This document shows positions 41,210 through 53,528 of a DNA stretch of 53,622 bases, in pieces. Origin of the DNA: Paramecium tetraurelia (lineage: Eukaryota); contig CT868655.1 in assembly GCA_000165425.1 (NCBI GenBank), positions 310,001 through 363,622 of the forward strand, read 5' to 3'. The number at the start of each line of letters is the position of its first letter. The first letter of the stretch is position 1. The translations under genes were made by a program, and so were the position numbers. Under the pieces are notes generated by a model. The model worked only from the letters and a program-made list of their open reading frames with translations, was not told the origin of the DNA and made no database searches.

Positions 41210-43100
41210 CTTTTAATTCCAATGCTAATTTTTCTATGAAATGTATTTAGATATTATTTCAGATGGATTTTAAACGAAATTCCAAGACTCCACGGGATTG
41301 CATTTACATCTCCAGTATCAGTTTTAAGATCTTATTGAATTAATTTAGATAACATGATTGGAATCTTATTTTTGAAATTTAATTATAAAAGCAAACCTAA
41401 GTTTTTGCTCTTCTACAAGTGATTGGATTAGTTTGAATATCAGATACTAAGCATGCACCAGTGAGTAGATTATTTTGAATGTTTAAACATTTTCCGCGAT
41501 CTCCAGGAGGAGTAAATTGAAAAATACCAATATTATTTTTAAAATCTCAATTTTGTTGAATATTCTATCAGTATCGGTTATTCCTATAAAATAGCAAGAG
41601 TTATTATAATAATAACCTGAAGCAATATAAGAATAAATTTACAATATTCCATCTTAAACACTCTTTTTTTTGACTAATAGAAATTGATCTACATAAAGCA
41701 AAATATATGGATGAACTTGGCTTTTCAATATTATTACATTAAAGTCTTACTGTGTCATAAATAAGATAAGCTCCAATAAATATTTTAGTTATAGTAATCG
41801 CATATGTATGGAGATAGACTTTATGTTTCAGGTATTAGTGAACCACCAACAGCAGCATCAATAGTCTTTATAAAAGAAGAAGAAAATTTAACAAACATTC
41901 TCAGAGAATTTGGAATATGCATTTGGAATTGAGAAACAAGCAAGTGATTTAGACTATCTAAACAGCATTTCTCTGTATTAGCCAAGTCAAAGCACTATTG
42001 ATCTGATCTTGGGTAGGAGTAGGAATACATTTCAAGTTTGATGTAATTGATTTACAACTATCTTTGTGCTTTTAAGGCAAGCCAGCATGTTAATTCCTTT
42101 ATTCTTACTACATCATATATAGGATTAACTTGAAAAAATAACGCCAATATCCATATGAATAATAACTACATCAAAAATTCAAAATTGGTCCAATAGTATC
42201 ATATCTATTATCATAATTTGTCTAAGCACAATTTAAGATCTGTTGGATATTAAGGCAGGCATATCTGTTCAATCCTTAACATTATCAACTGCTAAGTTTG
42301 CTGATACAAGATGTAATATAGTGTATTAATAATAAAAGGTTAATAGTTATGGAAAATAAATGTCTATAAACACTTTCTGTACACAACTGGTAACCCATTT
42401 GCAGGGTTCTTGATTGGATACTAAACAATGCTATTTTTGGGCTCCATTTTCATTGATTCATTGATTTACGAACAAGTAACCATAATTGAGCCTACATCTT
42501 CCCATCACAAAGTAGTTGACTTAATCTAACATGATTGAGAAGGAATTAGGCAAGCCTTTCTACTTAAAATAGAACAGTTAGTAAGATTTTAAATTTGATT
42601 CTAGGCTTTGATTTCACACAAATTGGTTTCATCCTAAATTGCTAAAATATTTACGGTCAACTAAGAACGCGCACTTTGTCTGTTAAATTAATGTAAATTA
42701 ATTTGGCATTTTTTGGTTTAACTATCCCAATAGCAACTTTCAAAGTCAGCTCAACAGTCATATTGTTTTTTGTAAGTTGCCACAACTTACAACTTGAGCT
42801 TAAATCAGTAATCCTATTATATTTAAATGTACTATAGCTTTAGATAACCCTAAACATTGATTACAGGCAACAGCAGAGATAAAAAGCAAAGAACATGATG
42901 CAAAAAAAGCATTCTCACACTATTTGATTTAATTTTTCCAAGGTATTTATTTGAAAAATAAAGTATTTTATGTATGGGATAAAGGACCATATTTATAATA
43001 TTTCATCCTGCGAATTACAAATTAAACTTTATCATAATAACCTGCATATTTAAGCATTTTTGGTGTAGAATTAGCCTTGTTTTAAACAGTCATTAACCCA
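41210..43100 (-). pseudogene. Decayed Cys-repeat surface-antigen-like gene
   Basis: Minus-strand fragments SCYWDSQTKKCQ, TNCSILSRKACL, PCKWVTSCVQ, CENAFFASCS in shifting frames with TGA stops. Confidence 0.55.
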
Positions 43101-43397
43101 GAAGAATTCTTCTAATTATATTATTTAAATACTGTCTTGTTCTATTTTGACTATACGCTTTTCTTATTATTAATACTTCTTCAATAATTAAACGTTAATG
43201 ATAGAATTGATCATATATTAGCATTTCCATCAGTAAATTATTACAAATTTTATAATATTTTGGTCGTTTTGATTAATATTAATTTTCAAAATTAACCAGC
43301 AACTAAGAAAGAATGTTACATTTACAATGTTAACTGAATGAAAGCTTAAAATTTAAATAATTTAGCAGCTTAAATCTATTACCATTTAAAAAGGAAA

Positions 43398-43900
43398 ATG
43401 GAATATATTCTTATTATCCCGATGATCCAAATAAAATCTAAGGGAGAACGACTTAAACCTATTCGCTTACCAACACTACCACCTTAACCCAAATGGAATT
43501 TCTTGAAATTAAAACAAGAATTCTTGTATAAAGTAGTCAAATTTGATTAAGTATCTGATAATTTCTTCGACAGACTAAAATTATTAATATTTGAAGAATG
43601 TTAGGACCATCCATTATGAATTTAAAAATATCACTTTGCAAATGGAGTTCTATAAGACTCCCCACCCTCACACATATAAATAAACAATTTCTTACTAGAG
43701 TTAAAAAATTACTCTATGGAATGATTAAAATTAATAATTTGCTGATGATCTAGTTTTGTAAGATAATCAATAAATCAAAGTGTGGCATCAATATACTAAA
43801 ATTTAAATAGATCTAAGATTTTCCTATTTTAAAACAATACAAATATCTGAATAAAAATAAAATAGAATAAGCCTTAGACAATATTGTTAAAAGATAAAAC
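43398..43900 (+). mobile_element. Degenerate reverse transcriptase relic (non-LTR retroelement-like)
   Basis: RT-like motifs in canonical order: KSKGERLKPIRL, KFDQVS, NGVLQDSPPSHIQINNFL (43641), FADDLVL (43738, after a frameshift); in-frame TGAs present. Confidence 0.6.
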
Positions 43901-45122
43901 GAATCTCCTAATCTCTATATCCTAACTGAGAATTTATATATTTTTCCTACAAATATGTTATTTGTTAAAAATAAAACTATAAAACTTTTGAAATTTCCAG
44001 AATCATGACCTACTGATATGCTGTAAGTTTTAATATTGGAAACAAGAATTGATAAAATGTTATTTTTGAATTCAAAAATGGTGGATTTATTGAAATACAA
44101 TTTTATAATTGGATCAAACTAAAATATGTGATATTCATCAAAAAGATTATCTTTTAAACTCATAATTAATTATCAATACAAATATAAGTGCAGAATAGTT
44201 GAAGAAGAAGTGGAAAGAGAAAAGAAAATTGATTCCTAATTGGTCACAATTAAATAAATAAATAAATAATAATTATTAATATATTCATGTAGTATAGAAT
44301 CAAGTGCGTTCCTTTATGAAAACTTTCTCAATCTTGTGAAGTGTATTAATCAATTTTTGCAATTAATCTTCTAGCCCAAGAGATCTATAGTTCCTGATCT
44401 TATTTAGAATTTTTCATGTTTCATATTGATTACAGTTTTGCAACCAATAGTCCTACTCTTCGTTAATGTAATTTAATAAACAAATTCTTCAATTAATACT
44501 GATTTATTTTTGTTATTTTTTAAATAATTATTCTAACAATTAGGTATTTAAACTCATCTTGCCAATAAAGCCATCTATATCAGAAAATAACCACAAAATA
44601 TTCTATCAATCATATCTCTAATAAAATTTCTAAGATAGTAAAATGAGTTACATATTGAAACATATTATTCACATAAACTGGCTAAATTGATGATTAAAGA
44701 TCCTATTTCTTTTATATCTAATGAAAATATTAGAATTAAGTCCCTATATATATTGGTTTAGAAATTAATAAATTCTCAAATATAAGCCATTTAACAAGAT
44801 CAATAGTCGTCCAATAATCTCACAGAAATTAATTAAATTAGCCATATTGCAAACCCACAAATGTTTTTCCACTTTTTAAATGGTGGACAGAGAGGAAGAA
44901 ACATTTGCCTAAAATTGGGAAATATATTGAAAAAAGAGAAAATGGCATAAACAAATGTGTAATAGCATAATTTTAAATAAAATAATGATCTAGAATACTA
45001 AATATTCAATAATAGTAAATATTTTCAATATATCTGTTTCAGATATTAATTTAGGTTATTATTGAAATTATTTTAGACATGGATTTATTATTATTTTTAA
45101 ATTTGATAAAAAATTTTCTAAA

Positions 45123-48100
45123 ATGTCTTAAATGGAATTCATTTTGCGTGGAGGTGGTTGTGGAACTTCAAAAATATACTCACTCGAATCAGAAATCTCA
45201 AAGACAGATAATTAAGATCTTTATAATCTCTTTAATAAATTCAATTTTTATGTTGAAATCATCTGCACAAAGGCTGCTGTTGCCGCTAATTAGTTAGAGA
45301 ATTAAGAAATATCGATTGCTTTACAATGGTTTAATTTTTAAGAAGAAAAAATTTACAAACTTAACAAGAATGCTGAAAGTGTTGCGAAAACATATGATTT
45401 AATTTTAGAGGGAATCAGAAAATTATTGAAAAGCTGCTTGATTTACATTAGAACAGATTCGTTTAAATGTTTATATATCTTGTAGACAACAGCGTCTCTA
45501 TCTAAAGTAATATTTAGCTTCCATATGCTAAATAAGGAGAGATATATAAAATGTGATTTATAACAGGAATTTTTGGACATCTCTGATGAACTAAGAAAAC
45601 ATATGGAAATAGAGAAGAATGATTTGATTTAAAATTAAATGGAACTCTATCTTTTCTTAACAAAAACTTCTTTCTAGATATCACCTAACAATAATGATGA
45701 AAGGAAAGAAATCTTAAAAGGATTTTTAAGTGGTATTATTGGTTCGATAATTTCAATGAAACCAAATGAAGAATTGCTTGAATCATTGTTTTTGGGAGCT
45801 TGTCATCTTTATAATTTATATATTGTTGATAAAAATAGAAAATAGTTTGAAGTTTATTATTCAATAGATATGTTACAATGGGAGATAATAGGTTATTTTA
45901 AGAATGATACATTGTAAGATCTAGACGAAATAATTTTACGAGTTGAGGTTATACATGATAAAATTGTGAAAAATTCAAATGAATGGAAATATCATTATCT
46001 TTGGGTGTAAATGGTTGGGAAAATCTTATAATATAATCCTCTAATAACAAAACACAAATTATCCCAGTTGATAAGGACATTCAATTTGGGTTTAAAGCTA
46101 AATCAAATTTGGAAGGAATATTAAAGAAAAGGATTACTATTTTAAGTGAGTAATGACTAGGCAGTCATCTAACTTGATTAACTTTAGAATAGTTCATTAA
46201 ATGAAAATGATAGAATAATGTTAGAAACCTGTTTCAAAGGGTGGGAAATCTTTTTATCACTTAAAGATTTTCTCATAAATGAAAATATCCCTTTTACATT
46301 TGGATCATATTTAAAAAGCAAATTAGAAATTGAAGGAAAAGGACTCTAAAAACATGAATATCTATTGGCAATTAACAATATTAAAAGGTATTTAGGGTTT
46401 TAGATACCCAATAAGCTGCTAACTTTAATTAAATAAAATGATAAAAAATTGGAAGAAACAATTAAAATTTGTAGAAACTTTATAAAGGACAAGTAGTATG
46501 ATTAAGGTTTAATCATAAAAGTTTCTAATTAATAAATAACAAAGATTATGCAAAAATTAGAGCAGTATTACTAAAACATATAATATATCAGTAAAATCTA
46601 TAGGCTTAATTAGATCAAAAAGAAAGATATAAGTCAAAATAACAATTTTGAGAAACTTAATAATTTGTTGTGGTTGTAAGAAAGTTTAGAATTATATCTA
46701 ATTTTACTTGAAAGGAATGAAGCACAAAATAACAATGGTAAAGATAGCAAGAATGAACTTCAAGATTGGATAACATTAATTAAAGAAGATTTAATAGCCA
46801 AAGATTTTTAAGCTTCTTATTTATCATTTCTTGACTTACCAGCAACCCAACAAATTAGAAAGAAAATTCTGTAAGAAGTTGAAAAATTTGTTGACATTTA
46901 TGAGAAAGAAATTTGCAAATTAAATATAAATGAATTATTGCAATATTTTTAGAATTTAGTCAATAATCTACAAGAAGAGTACGAAAACTAGAGCAATGAA
47001 CATTAAAAACAAATTTTAGAGTTCAATTTACACCTAAAGAGAGTCATGATTATAAAATATTAAATGGAGACAGTTACTTAAATTGTTGAACTTGAAAAAA
47101 TTAAAAAAGATATAGCTGATATGCATTTACTTAAATTTCTAGAGAACTTAAAGTACAAAAATCTGAAGCTAAAATTAAAATTGGTTGCTTCTAAGAAATC
47201 CTTTTCATTTATTTTAGAAAAAACCAAACCAGAGGAATTAAGAAAGTTTTCAGAAGTTATAAATTTGTAAGAGTTCCTATTAAGTATAGTTGAGGATTTT
47301 CTAAAAAGAATTCTAAAAGAAAATGCTAATTTTGAAGACTCACTTCGAATTGAACTGAAAAATATTGAAATCACGAAATAAGAAGACTTTGACTACAGAT
47401 TATCAAAGTAAAAAGGAATAATAAAATTCCTCGTATTTAAATAAGGTTTAGATGAAAATCAGATTGAATAGGATGAAAAAGATTTAGAGTTGATTGAGAA
47501 GGAATTTGGAGATTTATACAATAAAGAAACTCCTTCTTCTTCTATTGTGACAATAAAGTAAATTTTTGAAAATCTACAAGTTGATGAAACTTTAAAATAG
47601 GTGATGGATGAAAAATTAGATTCATCGCAATTGAAATTGGAAAAAGAAAAATATTATATTTTTTTATCTCAATTAAAGCAAATTGAAGATTTTAGAAAAT
47701 GTTTATTAATTAAAAATTGGAATCAATTAATCTTATAAACAGAAACTGTGATCCAAACATTTGAAAATTTTGGATGCCCAGACAAGGAAGTTATAAAAAT
47801 GTTAATTAATGAAGAACTAATCCAGTTAAAAACTTTAATAAAGATAAATTAAGGAGAATTGTAATCTCCAAAAGACTAGATAAGATAGGAGAAAGTTGAT
47901 ATAACAGACATTGAGAAATGTGATTAAATTGGATAAATATAATTTCATGATTAATAAGTAGGAAAAAGTGAAAATGGCATTTTAACTAATTAAAATAGTT
48001 AGCGAACTTACTTATCATTCATAATGAAGATAGTAAAGTTAAAAAAAATAAGACTAAAAGAAGAGATGGTACTATTGTAAAAATTTCTTGAAGAAGTAAG

Positions 48101-51100
48101 TTTTTTTTCTGATACGATTAAATAAATTGAAAAGTATGAAAAAGAAATTTAATCCAATTTCTATCAAAGATTTCAAAGTAGTATAAAAGAATTTATTCAA
48201 AAGTTTGAGTAGTTACAATGTTCATAAGTTAATTTATAATAGAAAGATGTTGAAAATATTCATTTGTATTTGGAATTTTAAGAAACCAAGTTTGTTGAAT
48301 AGGTAAATAATAAAGGAATTATTCAAATCCCAATAAATACCTTTGATTTTCTTAATTATAATACAAGAAGTTTTTCAAACATCTAAGTTGAATAGGATTA
48401 TCTAATTCAATAAATAAAAAAAATATACTTAGAGGATGAAGACGAGGAAGAATCAAAAGAATAATTCGGTTTATCAGATAATATGACTCAAAGATTCAAA
48501 GACTTTACAAATAATGAATAATGGAAAATTAAATAGGGTCTAGTTTTTACTATAATTTAGATTTTATCCAATTGTTTTTCAGGTAGCCTTACTTCTTTTT
48601 GTTAGAAAGTTCTTATCTAATTGTGGATTCAAGAAAAAGATCTAAAAGTAAGAAACCTTTTAAAAAATGAAAAATTGATGAGAATATAAATGCAGATTTT
48701 GTAGAAGGATTGGTAGATTTAACACGATAGAATTGCAGGTGAAATGTAGAAAATGTTGAGCAGAATTGATGATTTGTAAGAATAAATTTCTCATGAGGCT
48801 AATCTCAACAAGCGAGATATATAACTAAAAGAACTTGATGAAACAACAGAGCAATTAGATTAATAAATAGAAAATATCAGTGAAATGGGTTAATAACTAA
48901 AACTGATAACTGACTTTGTTAATCATATTAGAAAAGGCTTGATCAGAGTGGAGGGGAAAATCAATGAAATGAAGGAATAACTCAAAAGCATGGGTAACAA
49001 TATCAAATTTTTGAGAGGAAAATCTGTTGAATAATTATTTGAAATTAGAAAATGGAAAGTATTGAAAGAAGCTGCAGATAAGAATGCCAAATCCATTTAC
49101 TTACCATTAGATGCCAAAGATATAAATCATAAAGGTGAAAAAAATGAAGATAAATTAAGTGTTCTGATAAATTTAGAACAAATTAATGATGCAAAAGGAG
49201 AAGTGAATAAGTTTTTATTAGAAGAGAAAGAAACAGTGTTATTAATTCATGGGGTAGCTGGATCTGGCAAAAGTACTACGGCTAAGAAAATAGAAGAATT
49301 TATTTGGAAATAAAATAACAATAATATAAAAATTAGAAATCAAATTCTCATACCTGTTTATATCTCATTACCCTCTTTAAAAAACCCTGTGTTTTAAGCA
49401 GTAGAGGAAGCACTTCATCAAGATGAGTACGGCTTTGACGAACTTTAATTAAAAGAATGCAAAGAGATGTTAGAGAAGAAAGAAGTCAGATTATTATTGA
49501 TCATGGATAGCTATGATGAAATGAAACTAGAGAATATTTCAAAAAATTTATATATGAATAATAAAGTAAAATAGAATTGGTCAGATCCACTTGTCATTTT
49601 TACCACGAGAAGTGAAATTTTTACAAGTAGTAATTATGCATTTTGGTTTGCACCTAACAACAAAGAAAATTTAAAGGAAGTTCAGATTTAAAAATTTAAT
49701 CCTCAATAAATAATGGAATACCTAAAAAAATTCACAATTTAAAGTGTTAAAATGTTGATTTTTGAATTATATGAATAGTCAACATAAATTTCAAATCTAG
49801 TGGGATTTGATATCAATGATTTTGAAAAGGTTTGGGAAATATTGTAAGGATAATATATGAGTTTAACAAAGTTCAATGGTGAAGCACTTTTGAATTAAAA
49901 ATAAATAGATAATATTTTAACTTTTTTGAAGAATAATTAATTATTTACTTTTAAAAGCAATGAGGTTTTAAGAAGTCTAATAGTAAAATTATAAAATCTG
50001 TGGAGTGTTGAAAAGTATGAAAAGATGATGAAGAAAATAAATTTATATAGATTGATAGAAACTCCATATATGATGGAAATAATAGTTTAAGTGTTGCCTA
50101 AAATGATGGTCAAAGCTCNNNNNNNNNNNNNNNNNNNNNNNNNNNNNNNNNNNNNNNNNNNNNNNNNNNNNNNNNNNNNNNNNNNNNNNNNNNNNNNNNT
50201 GCTTCATCAGTATTACAAAAGTAACTATCTGATTCAAATGTATAATTGGCAAAAGAAACAATATATAAAACATGATAATAATGAAAAAGAAGAATTGGAT
50301 AATAATGAAAAAGAATATCAGAATAATAATGAAACAGAATAATAAGTTACCTAAACTGAAGTGGAAAATTTGGATAAAATTAATTATTTTGAAATTGCTG
50401 TTGAGGTTTGGAATAAAATGGAAGAAAATTCAATCGCAATCCAATTTTTCAACTTTCAAGAATTAAATGAAATTAACAAAAATCTCTTATTTGAAAATTA
50501 CGTTAAACTCTTCAATAATTCATTTGCATAAATTAGTATTCAGAAAGATAGACTAATTGACGTTGTTTGTATTGCATTATGTGAACTGAATCTTACAAGT
50601 TTTGACTTTTATGACGAATTTATAAATTAATATCATTATCAACAAATTGAAAAGTAGAGAAATTTGGGAAAATCAATTTATATCGATCGATTTTTGCATG
50701 ATTTAAAAAAGTATTCAATCAATCTTGCAAAAGTAATGAGCATAAAGTAAACAACATAAGTTTAATATTAAATATAAGGATTTCTGTATAAAGAATAAAA
50801 TTAAGAGGAGAAGTGGTAAAATGAATTTTTTAACGATGATGATCTTTAATTTGGTTCATACAAGAAGGATTTAAGGAGTTGTTCACTAATATAGTAAAAA
50901 GGTACTCATTTTTAATTTGTCCATAAGTCAATTCAAGAGTTCTACATAGCAGCTGATCTATATAGTGTATTATTGCCATTCAAAGATCTTAATAAATAGA
51001 TATTCAATTGGATACTAGAATAGCTATCTAAATAGAAAAATTATGAGAAAAATTGTTTAGAATATTTAACAAATTACTTGATGTAGGATAATTTGATTAA

Positions 51101-53528
51101 ATTTGAAGATTAAATTTTGGATAAACAAAAGAAAGCAAATGCTTTTAAAAAAAATATTGAATTAACTCTTAATCTTTTGAGAAATATGAATAAACATGAA
51201 TTTTTTTAAGAAAACTATTCCACTGACACTTATGCAGAAACTAGAAAATACATGATCTAAAAAATAAAAAATGAATAATAAATAATTGAGTTTTTAAAGT
51301 TTCTGGTGTATTTAACATCATTTGATAGCACTTTCATATAGGGAGGATCCAACTCACTTAATTTATTAGTTGAGATGCAAATTGATTTAACTAATCATAA
51401 TTTTGAGAAGATAAGAATCAAAAACACTTCTCTCTCAGGAGGAAATTTTGCTTATTGTAATTTAAACTAATCTGAATTAACTGATGTGAACATAAATGGA
51501 GTAAATCTAAATGGAGCATAAATGTTCTGGTGCAAATGGAAAGATTTGAAGATTAATAGTGTTTATTCATTATATGGTCATGAGAGTGGTATTTTATCAG
51601 TCTGTTTCTCTCCTGACGGTACTATATTAGCATCTGGTAGTGGAGACAAGTCTATCCGTTTATGGGATATTAAAACAGGATAATAAAAAGCCAAATTAGA
51701 TGGTCATTCAAGGGAAGTTCATTCAGTAAATTTTTCTCCTGATGGCACAACATTAGCATCTGGTAGTTATGATTAGTCTATCCGTTTATGGGATGTTAAG
51801 ACAGGATTATAAAAAGTCAAATTAGATGGTTATTCATCAGCAGATTATTCAGTCAATTTCTCTCCTGATGGTACTACTTTATCAGTGGCAATGTGTGGTG
51901 GTGAATAAGAATTTTTAATCTGCTTATGGGATTTAAAGACAGGATAAAAAACCGAATTCTAATTTTATAGTAAATCCTTTAGTAATGCTCAATCAATTTG
52001 TTTCTCTCCTGATGGGACTACAGTAGCATTTGTCAAAGAAAGGTATTCCTCTATTTCGATTTATTTATTGCATGTTAAAACAGGAAAAATAAAAGACATT
52101 TTATATGTTGACTAAAGTAATTGCAATTCTGTTTGTTTCTCTCCTGATTGTACTAAATTAGCATTTGGGGGGGGGGGAAGAATTGGCGATGGAGATTGCT
52201 CTCTATATTTATGGGATTTGAATACAAGATAAGAAAAAGCCATCATAGAACGTCATTATGGTCCAATTTCATTGGTCTGTTTCTCACCTGAAGGCACTAC
52301 ATTAGCGTTTGCTAGTGAAGAATATTAAAAAATCTGGTTGTGGAATGTTACAACAGAATAATAAAAAGGCATATTAGATTGTCATTCTGGTAAAATTCTA
52401 TCAATCTGTTTCTCTTCTGATAGTACATTAGCATGTGGTAGTGATGACATGTCTATTCGATTATGGGATGTTAGGACAGGATAATAATAACATGTTGGTC
52501 ATTCATCAAAAGTTAATACAGTTTGTTTTTCTCCTGATGGTACTACATTAGCATCTGGTAGTTCAGATAACTCTATCCGTTTATGGGATGTTAAGACAGG
52601 ATAATAAAAAGCCAAATTAGATGGTCATTCAAGGGAAGTTTATTCAGTCAATTTCTCTCCTGATGGTACTACATTAGCATCTGGTAGTAGAGATAACTCT
52701 ATCCGTTTATGGGATGTTAAGACAGGATTATAAAAAGCCAAATTAGATGGTCATTCATATTATGTTACTTCATTCAATTTCTCTCCTGATGGTACTACAT
52801 TAGCATCTGGTAGTTATGATAACTCTATCCGTTTATGGGATGTTAAAACAAGATAATAAAAAGTCAAATTAGATGGTCATTCTAATAATGTTAATTCAAT
52901 TTGTTTCTCTCCTGATAGTACTACATTAGCATCTGGTAGTGATGATTTTTCTATCCGTTTATGGGATGTTAAGACAGGATAATAAAAAGCCAAATTAGAT
53001 GGTCACTCTAATAATGTTAATTCAATTTGTTTCTCTCCTGATAGTATTACATTAGCATCTGGTAGTGATGATTACTCTATCTGTCTATGGGATGTTAAGA
53101 CAGGATATCAAAAAGCCAAATTAGATGGTCATTCAAGGGAAGTTCATTCTGTCAATTTTTCTCCTGATGGCACAACATTAGCATCTAGTAGTTATGATAC
53201 GTCTATCCGTTTATGGGATGTTAAAACAAGATAGTAAAAAGCCAAATTAGATGGTCATTCAGAAGCAGTGTATTCTGTCAATTTCTCTCCTGATGGTACT
53301 ACATTAGCATCTGGTAGTAATGATAACTCTATCCGTTTATGGGATGTTAGAACAAGATAATAAAAAGCCAAATTAGATGGTCATTCAGGTAATGTCACTT
53401 CAGTCAGTTTCTCTCCTGATGGAACTACATTAGCATCTGTTAATTGTGATTAGACTATCCGTTTATGGGATGTTAAGACAGAATAATAAATCTTACCTTC
53501 AGATAATCATTACAAAGATATTCTAGCG
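45123..53528 (+). CDS. NWD-type NLR-like protein: long helical N-terminus, NACHT NTPase, pentapeptide repeats, 15 WD40 repeats; truncated by the telomere with no stop codon
   Basis: Single intronless frame of about 2800 codons that continues across the N gap. Walker [10 protein letters not shown] (49251), Walker [11 protein letters not shown] (49491), winged-helix FVHKSIQEF (about 50916), WD40 array from 51576. Confidence 0.93.
50119..50199. other. Assembly gap (81 N)
   Basis: Run of N inside the NWD ORF. Confidence 1.
51576..53495 (+). repeat. Tandem 126-nt WD40 coding repeats: 2 conserved, 5 divergent, 8 conserved units
   Basis: GH codons at 51576, 51702, then 52497, 52623, 52749, 52875, 53001, 53127, 53253, 53379 (exact 126-nt spacing). 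Consensus [42 protein letters not shown]. Confidence 0.97.

Noticed and set aside
44200..45100. Long TGA-free frame on the + strand upstream of the NWD gene
   Set aside because: With a single stop codon, long frames arise by chance in this code; no motif or clear start was found, and a TGA precedes the NWD ATG.
19444..45173. Functional link between the Ulp1-like protein and the NWD LRGG motif
   Set aside because: The Ulp1-like domains lack catalytic residues, the genes are more than 22 kb apart, and neighbourhood does not imply shared function in this eukaryote.
52497..53495. Regular repeats with variable inserts resembling a CRISPR array or diversity-generating retroelement
   Set aside because: The units are in-frame 126-nt WD40 codons in a eukaryotic gene. 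There are no unique spacers or cas genes and no evident adenine-specific template/variable pair, and the nearby RT is a dead relic with no demonstrable link.
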